In this document: piece by piece, positions 53,932 to 62,426 of the stretch | Position numbering within the stretch: position 1 is the stretch's first letter | Layout: every line of letters starts with the position of its first letter | Origin: an uncultured Acetatifactor sp. | Lineage (GTDB): Bacteria; Bacillota; Clostridia; Lachnospirales; Lachnospiraceae | DNA length: 64,000 bases | NCBI GenBank assembly: GCA_910578815.1 | Contig: CAJTSE010000007.1 | Location: 103,739-167,738, forward strand | Direction: 5' to 3' | Position numbers and translations under genes: made by a program | Notes under the pieces: generated by a model | Seen by the model: the letters and a program-made list of their open reading frames with translations, nothing else | What the model was told of the DNA's origin: nothing | Databases searched by the model: none

Positions 53932-54549
53932 TTACTCTCGAATCATATTGTACCCACTTGTAGTAAACACAACATTTGTATCAACGCCGGATATAAGCTC
54001 TATTCCAAAGCGATCTGCCAGACAAGTCGCATAAACAGTATCATATGTCCGTGCCATAATAAAATGAAATGCCTCCAGCAAACAGGAAACTGCTTCCTGC
54101 TTATTGCCAATAACTGCTCCATTTCTGACGGTACACCCGCTCATAATGGTTACATTATCTCCAATCCAAATATCGTTTTGAAGAACAATGCTTCCCTTTT
54201 GGCAAAAGGTACTTCGTATACTTTGAGTCTTACTGATTCCGCTATAATGCAAGTGCGTTTCTACCCCCCCTGAAGAAACACACTTTATATTATGATTCCT
54301 GCCAAATACACATCTTAGGTTGGAACCAATGCTGTTTCCGTTTCCGATATGAAAATTATGCGGAACCCCTCTTTCCTTATCGCATATATGAAGATCATTA
54401 TCTACCTAGGTTTCCCAGGAGTAAGTGTATGGTCCTATGTAGGCAATCGTATATCTAACACTATCACCAATATTAACCAATAATCTTTCCTCTGAGGGTG
54501 CTGTTGTTTTTAAATCTGTCCTCGGTTGGATTATAAATGTTTGAATCAT
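53932..54549 (-). pseudogene. Xenobiotic/hexapeptide-repeat acetyltransferase (XAT, Vat/CatB-like) interrupted by an in-frame TAG, with a degenerate C-terminus
   Basis: Manual minus-strand translation from ATG 54549 gives MIQTFIIQPRTDL...IGPYTYSWET*VDNDLHIC...HIGNGNSIGSNLRCVFGRNHNIK...NDIWIGDNVTIMSGCTVRNGAVIG. The TAG is at 54408-54406, in the same frame as tracked ORF 53932-54252. Confidence 0.5.
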
Positions 54550-54658
54550 GATTGCGCTGCCTCACATTCCAAAAGTCGAAACAATTCTTTTTGCTTTTTA
54601 CCATGTAACCTTTGATTCTCTATCGCACTGCCTTTGTTTGGAAAACCGGATTTTATCC

Positions 54659-55834
54659 CTATAACTCAATCACCTCATTTGTCACTTCCATGTCAGCGAT
54701 TCTCTCCATGACCTCATGCGCATACATCATGACGCAGATCAAAATAACCGCATTCGGGTATTTACGAATCACTTCCGGAGCTTCAATCTTCCTTCCGGCG
54801 ATTTCACGCCCTACATTAAGAGGGTTGCCATCTACAAAGGCCGCAATTTCACATTTTCCTAACGCCGTTTCCGCTAATAACGTCATTGTCATGGCCCCCG
54901 TCCCCCATACGATCAACTGCGTTTGCTCCTTGTACAGCTTCTCAACAAGCTCCTTTATTTCCCGCTGACGTTTTTCCTGCCGTAAAAAATAGCTTTCAAT
55001 AGATCCTCTTGTAAGACAGTCTTTCTCCATACCAGCGTCCACATTCTTTTCACTTTTTTTACAGAAAAACAACCTGCACAATTCGCATCCGATCCCATTC
55101 GCATTTTTTAACTCCAACGGGAAAGATTGATAAACTCGAAAATCTGTGTCTTCCAGCAAATTCCTGACAGAACGCTCAGAAAAGTAATTGATATGTTCCT
55201 GATTAAACTGATTAGGAATCGGCAATACCACATTATGTACAAATGAGTAGTCTGGAATATCAATTATGAAATACCCTCCCTCCTTCAAATACGGACTGAT
55301 CATATCAAGTGCCTGTTTGGGCTCCAGTAAATGCTCCAACACAGCCGTCAGCAGCACCACATCCAAACTGCCCTTCAAGTCGTCCATTTCTGCAGGAGGG
55401 CAATAGATGCTTCCCTGATACGCGTTAATTCCCAGTTTTTTTAAATGCTCCACGCTGAAAGGCGAAGGATCCATGCCTGCTAAGCTGGTATACCCAAGTT
55501 GGCGCAGATGTAATAAAAGATCTCCTTTTCCGAAACCAATATCCAGGATTCGGATAGATCTCACCCCTCCCATCTCCGTTTCCAAAAACTTTTCAATACA
55601 GTTCACCGCTGTAGATGCGATACCACTCGAATTGCCGCTGTAACTGTTATTTGTCCTGTAATAATGATCATAATCCTCCAACCGCGCACTTGTATCCGCG
55701 TAGCACGACCCACAGTATTTACATGACACCACATTGTAACTCCTTGGAAGATGACATTCCAAGGGAAGCTCCATCCGAATTTCCCTGATAATATCTGACT
55801 GCTTACTTCCGCATACCGGACACTTTCGTGACAT
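54659..55834 (-). CDS. Class I SAM-dependent methyltransferase with an N-terminal Zn-ribbon and a C-terminal Rossmann-like domain
   Basis: CPVCGS...CKYCGSCY zinc ribbon and the SAM motif ILDIGFGKGDLLLHL. Start at ATG 55834 with a GGGAGGA RBS. Confidence 0.75.
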   Translation of the reverse strand: MSRKCPVCGSKQSDIIREIRMELPLECHLPRSYNVVSCKYCGSCYADTSARLEDYDHYYRTNNSYSGNSSGIASTAVNCIEKFLETEMGGVRSIRILDIGFGKGDLLLHLRQLGYTSLAGMDPSPFSVEHLKKLGINAYQGSIYCPPAEMDDLKGSLDVVLLTAVLEHLLEPKQALDMISPYLKEGGYFIIDIPDYSFVHNVVLPIPNQFNQEHINYFSERSVRNLLEDTDFRVYQSFPLELKNANGIGCELCRLFFCKKSEKNVDAGMEKDCLTRGSIESYFLRQEKRQREIKELVEKLYKEQTQLIVWGTGAMTMTLLAETALGKCEIAAFVDGNPLNVGREIAGRKIEAPEVIRKYPNAVILICVMMYAHEVMERIADMEVTNEVIEL

Positions 55835-55904
55835 ACAATTTCCTCCCGACATGATAATGAATAAGAACAACGTTCCGATAACTGAACCTTTCCTTATTGA
55901 TGCA

Positions 55905-57029
55905 CTAAATGTGAAACCTCTCTCTGGCAATACTTATTTTTTGCGGAATATCTATTCCCTGTGGGCACTTGTGTTTACAAAGACCGCAGCCAATACAGTT
56001 TTGAATTCTTCCACTCGCCTCATGATACGCAAAATCCAGCTTTGCCCGTTCTATGCCAACCAGTCTGCTTGCATTCAAACGGTTCATACAAGCCGGAATA
56101 TTCACTCCCCTTGGACAAGGCATACAATACCCGCAGGAAGTACAAGGTACATCCATTACCTTGCGAATTTCTGCGGCGGCAGAAGCATATGATGATAATT
56201 CAGCCTCCGTCAGGGATTGCGCCCAGGTATTTTCTGCAACCTGGCAGTTCTCCTCAATCTGATAAATTTCATTCATCCCTGACAATACCATTGTCACATC
56301 CGGTCGGTTCAAAACATACCTCAATGCTCTGGCGGCATAGGAATAATGATGCGGCAGCATATCAAAAATTCGCTTTGCACTATCCGGCAAATGCTCTGCA
56401 AGCATACCACCGCGAACCGGCTCCATAATGAACACCGTAATTCCCTGCCTGGAAGCAAATTCCAGTCCTGTTAGTCCTGCTTGCCAATCCTCATCAAGAT
56501 AATTAAATTGAATCATTGTAAAATCCCAATCGTATGCCGGTATCAGCCGCACAAATTCTTTGTAACTCGCATGACTGGAAAATCCAATATTTTTTATCCT
56601 TTTCTGTTGCTTCATTTTGTCGATCCAGTCTGCAATTCCCCAATCCATCAACTGCTCCAGACGCTCTTTGCGATTCAATGCGTGAAGAAAATAATAGTCA
56701 ATATAGTCCATCTGCAAACGATTCAGGGATTCTTCAAAATAATAATCAAAGTCAGACGGGGACTTGCAATATGCAATCGGCAGCTTCGTCGATACTGTTA
56801 CACTATTGCGCAGCCCCAGTTTTGCAATAGCATTACCGAGAGCCACCTCACTTCCCTCATACGAATATGCCGTATCAAAATGAGTAATTCCCAGTTCAAA
56901 CGCCCTTTCTACTAATCGAATAACTGCTGTCTGATCTATGTTTCCGTCTGTTGTCTTTGGAAGCCGAAGCCCGCCAAAGCCCAGCGCCGGCAGCCTGTCC
57001 CCGTTCTTTTTATTTATTCTATATTGCAT
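55905..57029 (-). CDS. Aldo/keto reductase fused to a C-terminal 4Fe-4S ferredoxin-like domain
   Basis: AKR N-terminus LPALGFGGLRLP...THFDTAYSYEGSE and C-terminal Cys clusters CTSCGYCMPCP / CIGCGLCKHKCP. Confidence 0.8.
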   Translation of the reverse strand: MQYRINKKNGDRLPALGFGGLRLPKTTDGNIDQTAVIRLVERAFELGITHFDTAYSYEGSEVALGNAIAKLGLRNSVTVSTKLPIAYCKSPSDFDYYFEESLNRLQMDYIDYYFLHALNRKERLEQLMDWGIADWIDKMKQQKRIKNIGFSSHASYKEFVRLIPAYDWDFTMIQFNYLDEDWQAGLTGLEFASRQGITVFIMEPVRGGMLAEHLPDSAKRIFDMLPHHYSYAARALRYVLNRPDVTMVLSGMNEIYQIEENCQVAENTWAQSLTEAELSSYASAAAEIRKVMDVPCTSCGYCMPCPRGVNIPACMNRLNASRLVGIERAKLDFAYHEASGRIQNCIGCGLCKHKCPQGIDIPQKISIARERFHI

Positions 57030-58018
57030 TACTTCTCTCTTTCCAAACGTGCTAAGATTCTCTGAGCATATTCGTCGATATTATCAGGTTGGTTTGATTT
57101 CGTAACGGAACATACCCGGCAGTACTCACATATTTCTTTTCTTAATAAGCTTGTCCGTAGCTTCCGAAGCTGCTCACCATTCCAGATCTGCGCAATTCTC
57201 GTCTGATAAATATTTCCGAGCAATAGCGTTCGCTTCCAATCAACACTGCAAGGCATAACATCGCCGTTTGCCGCCAGGCACAAAAGCTTAAAGGGCTGTA
57301 CACAGACATCCTTTTTATTCTTATATTGTTCCAGATCATACCGCACGGAGTTCCCGTCTGTACCTGCCTGAAATTCCGGCCAGTTTTCATATACATGTTC
57401 TATTTGTATTTCGTCACAGACCTCGCCCCATTTTTCATAAAATGCTTTTCTTTCCGACTCCGTATCAAGCGCAAGATCCGTTGTTTTTATATAAAGAATA
57501 CACTTATTTCTGCTGCGCTTAAAAAAATAATCAATATTTTCATACAGCTCGTTAATTTGAATACGCACACCGGCAATTTTTTCAAATTTATTTTCATCCG
57601 TTGCTTCCAGTGATACAAGCAATGTATCAAGTCCTGCATCAATCAATTTATCGGACAATTCCCTCGTCAAAAGCGTTCCGTTTGTGGTAATTTCGACCTT
57701 TTCAAATACACCGGATTGTTTTGCCTCTGAAACGAATTCGGCAACATTCCTGTTTAGTAAAGGCTCGCCTATTCCTATGATCCGTAAGATCTTTATTTTC
57801 CTCGGAAACTCACGGCACTGCGCAAGAAACAGCTTAAATGTCTCAAACGACATCATATCCCTGATAATACCGCTGTCTGATGCCCCCCCCGGACAAAATT
57901 TACATTTCAGATTGCAAAACCCGCAAGTTTCCATCTGTATCACCAATGGAGTATTCAATGGAATCGCTTCGCCAAGGTTTATCCTTGACGGATTAAACAA
58001 ATTTCCTATTTTTGCCAT
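57029..58018 (-). CDS. Radical SAM protein with a SPASM/twitch-type C-terminal Cys cluster
   Basis: CGFCNLKCKFCPG (CX3CX2C), with C-terminal CVQPF...MPCSVDW...CEYCRVC. Its stop overlaps the AKR start (TAATG). Confidence 0.8.
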   Translation of the reverse strand: MAKIGNLFNPSRINLGEAIPLNTPLVIQMETCGFCNLKCKFCPGGASDSGIIRDMMSFETFKLFLAQCREFPRKIKILRIIGIGEPLLNRNVAEFVSEAKQSGVFEKVEITTNGTLLTRELSDKLIDAGLDTLLVSLEATDENKFEKIAGVRIQINELYENIDYFFKRSRNKCILYIKTTDLALDTESERKAFYEKWGEVCDEIQIEHVYENWPEFQAGTDGNSVRYDLEQYKNKKDVCVQPFKLLCLAANGDVMPCSVDWKRTLLLGNIYQTRIAQIWNGEQLRKLRTSLLRKEICEYCRVCSVTKSNQPDNIDEYAQRILARLEREK

Positions 58019-58073
58019 ATCTGTCCCTTTCTACACATAAACTATATTAGCTGACGTTAATCCTCTCAATATT

Positions 58074-59168
58074 TTATACAAAATACATCCTTGTATCGTC
58101 ATATCTGTCCGTATAATGTCTTATATAAAGGTGGTACTGCGGATAGAACTTCAATATTCTTTTCGTAAGACGATGAATATCACCCAATCTGTGATAAACG
58201 CTGACGGAAAGTAACGGCTGCTTCTCTTTAATGAATTGCTCTGCTCCACAGATCGCATCCATCTCTGCGCCTTCTATATCCATTTTGATATATGACAGTC
58301 TGGGTGTAATAAACTCATCTAACGAAACTACCCGAATGGTTTGCCTGCCAGCAGCAGAAACGCATCCGCCGCCAGTTTCAAAATTATCAAATTGAGATAA
58401 TCCTTTTATCGCACCGACTCCCGCCTGAATATATTCGATATCACGATTTGAGCTTAATCTGTTTCGGCTCTTATTCATCATGCTTTCGTCCGGCTCAAAA
58501 AAATACACCTTTTTGTAATTTTTTACTTTTTCAATAAAGTCGATTGTACTCTGACCGTCAAACCCTCCAACATCAAAAAAGACAGGTGACTCTCCTTCCA
58601 ATCTGCGTAGTATAACGTTATCCAGATCCGGCTTTCCCTCCTGCTCCGATAACTCATGGGCTCTAATAGTATACTCCGTGTCAAATGTCATACGATACAT
58701 CAATATATTCTGATATATCTCTTTGGATAAGTCATCCTCAAGCAGAGAATAAACATCCTCATATTCCCTACCGTTTTTCTCCATCTCATCAAATATGCCC
58801 AAGAATGCCGTCTCGTGATATACCCTGAATCTTTCGTCAGCCTGTGCCAGACACTCGTAATATATATAATTTTTTACTCCGGCCGCAGCTAATTGCTTAC
58901 AAATATCTACATGATATATGGATGCAACAATCACGCAATCTTCTTCATTTAAAATATCCGGCAGAAAAGTATTGCCTCCCTCATTTGACACAAAACCATG
59001 TACTGTAATCGAATTCTTTTCACACTCCTTCTGTGCAAACCTGCCAAGGCACTTCGCGCCAAAAATATAGCATCCTTTCTCAAAAATTTTACTGATAACA
59101 TGTTGATATTTTTCTTTCATTGCATTTCTGGCATTATTTGCCCTGAAATCGTCGATATTGCAAACCAC
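58074..59168 (-). CDS. FkbM-family methyltransferase with an N-terminal Rossmann-like domain
   Basis: VFFDVGGFDGQSTIDF...IKMDIEGAE is typical of FkbM methyltransferases. Confidence 0.75.
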   Translation of the reverse strand: MVCNIDDFRANNARNAMKEKYQHVISKIFEKGCYIFGAKCLGRFAQKECEKNSITVHGFVSNEGGNTFLPDILNEEDCVIVASIYHVDICKQLAAAGVKNYIYYECLAQADERFRVYHETAFLGIFDEMEKNGREYEDVYSLLEDDLSKEIYQNILMYRMTFDTEYTIRAHELSEQEGKPDLDNVILRRLEGESPVFFDVGGFDGQSTIDFIEKVKNYKKVYFFEPDESMMNKSRNRLSSNRDIEYIQAGVGAIKGLSQFDNFETGGGCVSAAGRQTIRVVSLDEFITPRLSYIKMDIEGAEMDAICGAEQFIKEKQPLLSVSVYHRLGDIHRLTKRILKFYPQYHLYIRHYTDRYDDTRMYFV

Positions 59169-59197
59169 TTAAATTTCCTCCTACTTTTTTGTTTCCT

Positions 59198-60082
59198 TCA
59201 ATACAGAAGTTTATAGAGATCAATCATTTCCTCTCGGTCTTTGTACCAATCGTATAGCGCTTTTATAGCAGTTTCTTTGGCAGTAAAGGCAAAGTCCGAG
59301 CATTCGCTCAGAAACCTCTCATTGGACGCCGTATATTCCTTGGCAAGGCCCTCCCTGCATACATACACCCGCATATCTCTGCTCGATATTCTGTTTACAA
59401 TATCACAGAGCTCACTCAAACTGATCTTATCTCCCGACACCATGTTATAGGAGTGAAACCTGGGCTCATGAGACAGGAAAAATTCTAACATCCTGGAAAA
59501 ATCCTCTACCCACAGATAGTCAAAATAAACATTCTGGCGCATGGAAAACGGTATCCCTTTAATTGCCTTACAGCATATGTTGGATATAAACTTCGTGGGA
59601 TAATACTCATACTTTCCAAATATGCCAAAGAGCCTGAAATTATATATATTATTACTTGCTTCTATCATCCGGCCTACCGTATATTTCATCAAACCATACT
59701 GATCTGTCGGAATTGACTGCCCAATTTCCGTCTCTTTTACATTTACAATATCATACCTTTTGTCATATTCGGCTCCAGATCCAGTATAATACATCCTTCC
59801 GTACAGCCTGCTGCACTTTTGAAAGTTCAGAAACATCCTCAGATTATATTCTAAAATCTTTGTCCTATCCTTAGCTTCGCCAATTCTATCCTCATAGACC
59901 GCAAAATGAAGAACAAAGTCAAAATAATTCCTCTCAAGATATTCCCTTACCGCTGTCTCGTCTATACAGTTCAGTTCCTTGCTTGAAGGCGCAAAGACCT
60001 GATAACCACTTTGCTTTTCAAGATATTCTTTCACATTCCTGCCCACAAAACCGCTGGCGCCTGTTATTAAGATTTTTTTCAT
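59198..60082 (-). CDS. NAD-dependent sugar epimerase/reductase (SDR family)
   Basis: MKKILITGASGFVGRNV Rossmann motif. Start at ATG 60082 with a GGGAGGGGAG RBS. Confidence 0.8.
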   Translation of the reverse strand: MKKILITGASGFVGRNVKEYLEKQSGYQVFAPSSKELNCIDETAVREYLERNYFDFVLHFAVYEDRIGEAKDRTKILEYNLRMFLNFQKCSRLYGRMYYTGSGAEYDKRYDIVNVKETEIGQSIPTDQYGLMKYTVGRMIEASNNIYNFRLFGIFGKYEYYPTKFISNICCKAIKGIPFSMRQNVYFDYLWVEDFSRMLEFFLSHEPRFHSYNMVSGDKISLSELCDIVNRISSRDMRVYVCREGLAKEYTASNERFLSECSDFAFTAKETAIKALYDWYKDREEMIDLYKLLY

Positions 60083-60208
60083 TTGTCTCCCCTCCCACCA
60101 GAAGATAGTCTCCCGTGATTCCCCGGTGCTACAAACGCATTCCCACAGCTTCTTGTTCTTTACTCCCAACGGCATACCAAAACCGATCCTGTTGACTGTT
60201 CGCAGTAT

Positions 60209-61387
60209 CTAAAAAAGAACCTCGTTAATATATTTTTGTAGTTTTTTCTGAGTCTCCTCAGTGTCCACAAAACACTTTTGAATCTTAGTATCTGCCTTGA
60301 TTTCCTCTACGACGGCCTGCTCAAACAGCTCTGCACTGTTCCCCAACCCAAAATATCTTGACTTTACCCGATATTCCTTCGCTTTCTCAATCGCCTTGCG
60401 GATCGCATCATATTGTTCTTCTACATGACATATATTTCGTAATACCCTCGGATTATATCGGCCTGCCTGCCTGGAACCAATGTCTATGCACGGTACGCCG
60501 TACACACAGGCTTCTCTGATTCCCGCGCTGGAATTTCCGATAATGAAATCCGCATTCTTCAGCAATACAAGAAAGGTTTCAAACGGAAACGATTTCTGAA
60601 AAAACAAATTCTCATACTTCCCCTCGCTCTTTACATATAAATCAATGATCGTATCCGAACCAAGATCGTTATTAGGATAAATTATAATGTAATTTCTTTG
60701 GGAATCAAGAACAGCCTTAAATACCTCACCAAACTTCCGTTTAATATCCGTGCTTTCTGTCACCACGGGATGATATGTCAATATTCCGTATTTTTCATAC
60801 GTGATACCATACTCCTGCTTTATGTCAACAAGCTCAGGTAAGTCCCCCGAAACCATTATATCAACATCCGGCGATCCTATAATATGAATCTTTTCTTCCT
60901 GTTCTCCCAGCTGTATTAGTCTTAACTTTGTCTCTTCGTTCGCCGTACAATGTATATGCGCCAACTTGGTAATCGCATGCCGAATAGAATCGTCCACAGT
61001 CCCGGTCAGCTCGCCGCCTTCTATATGGATCACCTTGATATTGTTGAGCAGTCCGACAATCGCTCCCGCAAAGGCATCCGTCCTGTCGCCATGGATCACA
61101 ATGTAATCCGGTTTTATTCCGCCCACATACTTCGAAAAGCCTAACACAACATTGGCAAGATTAACGTCCATCCTGGAATCTACAGTTTTCGGATCTTCCA
61201 CATATATGTTAGCATATCCATCTTTCTTTACTTCTTTCCATGTATTCCCGTATTGCTCCAAAAGGTGCATACCTGTCACATAGACATATACCTGAAACAT
61301 ATTATTATTTGATAATTGTCTCATCAGAGACTTCAGCTTACCGTAATCAGCTCTTGTCCCGGTGAGAAACACAATCTTGTGCGCCAT
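60209..61387 (-). CDS. neuC: UDP-N-acetylglucosamine 2-epimerase (hydrolysing), NeuC-like
   Basis: KIVFLTGTRADYGKLKSLM...VIHGDRTDAFAGAIV...HIEGGE matches hydrolysing 2-epimerases. Sits next to neuB. Confidence 0.8.
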   Translation of the reverse strand: MAHKIVFLTGTRADYGKLKSLMRQLSNNNMFQVYVYVTGMHLLEQYGNTWKEVKKDGYANIYVEDPKTVDSRMDVNLANVVLGFSKYVGGIKPDYIVIHGDRTDAFAGAIVGLLNNIKVIHIEGGELTGTVDDSIRHAITKLAHIHCTANEETKLRLIQLGEQEEKIHIIGSPDVDIMVSGDLPELVDIKQEYGITYEKYGILTYHPVVTESTDIKRKFGEVFKAVLDSQRNYIIIYPNNDLGSDTIIDLYVKSEGKYENLFFQKSFPFETFLVLLKNADFIIGNSSAGIREACVYGVPCIDIGSRQAGRYNPRVLRNICHVEEQYDAIRKAIEKAKEYRVKSRYFGLGNSAELFEQAVVEEIKADTKIQKCFVDTEETQKKLQKYINEVLF

Positions 61388-62426
61388 CTGCAATCATCCT
61401 CTTACTTATATGCGTATCCCTGTTAATATCAACTTTTGCTGTTTTTCCTAATAGGCTTTCGTATTCTTCCGCCTTAATCTCTCCTGTCCCCGGTCTTTTT
61501 ACCCATATATTTTCTGTGGAAAAGACTTCTCCACGCTTTATGGGTTTTATGCTCACAACCGTTGCAAAAGCAAAATCCATCGTGACCTGCTCTTCCGGGA
61601 GCGGTTTTTTCTCTCCTCCACGCATCTCATAAACTTCTGCCGCGGCCTGAAGTAATTCGCACAACTCATTCTGATCCATCGAACAGACAATGTCATTTCC
61701 GGCTCTGTTTTTATGGTCTGTATAGTGCCTTTCCACAATGCTTGCCCCTAATGCCATTGCTGCTATACACGCATTATTATTCAACGTGTGATCCGAAAGT
61801 CCCACCGGTCTGTCCGGATAAGCGCTCATGATCGTCTGCATGGCCCCTAACCGCACAAATTTTGCCGGGGTAGGATACAGATTGGTAGTATGTAAAATTG
61901 CTATGGGCACATTTCTAGAGTCAAATATATCTACCGCTTTTCTTACAGACTCCATATCGTTCATTCCCGTAGATAATATTACCGGTCTGCCAAATTCAGC
62001 AATACACTTCAACAGCGGATAATTATTCATCTCGCCCGACCCAATCTTAAATGCCTTGACACCGAACTTTTCCAGACGATATGCTGCCGCCCTGGAAAAT
62101 GGAGTGCTGATAAACTCCATTCCAAGACTCTCCGCATATCTCATCATTTCTTTCTCTTCGTCTTCACTCAAAGCACACGTTTTCATCACATCATAAATCG
62201 AATCCACCGAATTACCAGGAATAACCTTCCTGGCTTCCGCTGACATCTCATCGTCGATCACATGAGTCTGATGCTTAATGATCTTAGCTCCCGCCTTATA
62301 AGCAGATTCCACCATCTGCATTGCCACGTCCAGATCTCCGCCATGATTAATCCCAATCTCAGGAATGACCAACGGTGTCCCATTCGCTTCAACACGTATA
62401 TCACCGATTTTAAAGCTCATTTTCAT
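61347..62426 (-). CDS. neuB: N-acetylneuraminate (nonulosonate) synthase with a C-terminal SAF domain
   Basis: PLVIPEIGINHGGDLDVAMQMVESAYKAGAKIIKHQTH is the canonical NeuB start. The C-terminal SAF-like segment is IKRGEVFSTENIWVKRPGTG. Confidence 0.9.
   Translation of the reverse strand: MKMSFKIGDIRVEANGTPLVIPEIGINHGGDLDVAMQMVESAYKAGAKIIKHQTHVIDDEMSAEARKVIPGNSVDSIYDVMKTCALSEDEEKEMMRYAESLGMEFISTPFSRAAAYRLEKFGVKAFKIGSGEMNNYPLLKCIAEFGRPVILSTGMNDMESVRKAVDIFDSRNVPIAILHTTNLYPTPAKFVRLGAMQTIMSAYPDRPVGLSDHTLNNNACIAAMALGASIVERHYTDHKNRAGNDIVCSMDQNELCELLQAAAEVYEMRGGEKKPLPEEQVTMDFAFATVVSIKPIKRGEVFSTENIWVKRPGTGEIKAEEYESLLGKTAKVDINRDTHISKRMIADGAQDCVSHRDKS

Noticed and set aside
54406-54408. In-frame TAG in the acetyltransferase as programmed recoding (pyrrolysine or read-through).
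   Set aside because: No pyl genes or recoding signals are in the window. The C-terminus of the same gene is also degenerate, and a neighbouring gene is truncated, so decay is the simpler reading.
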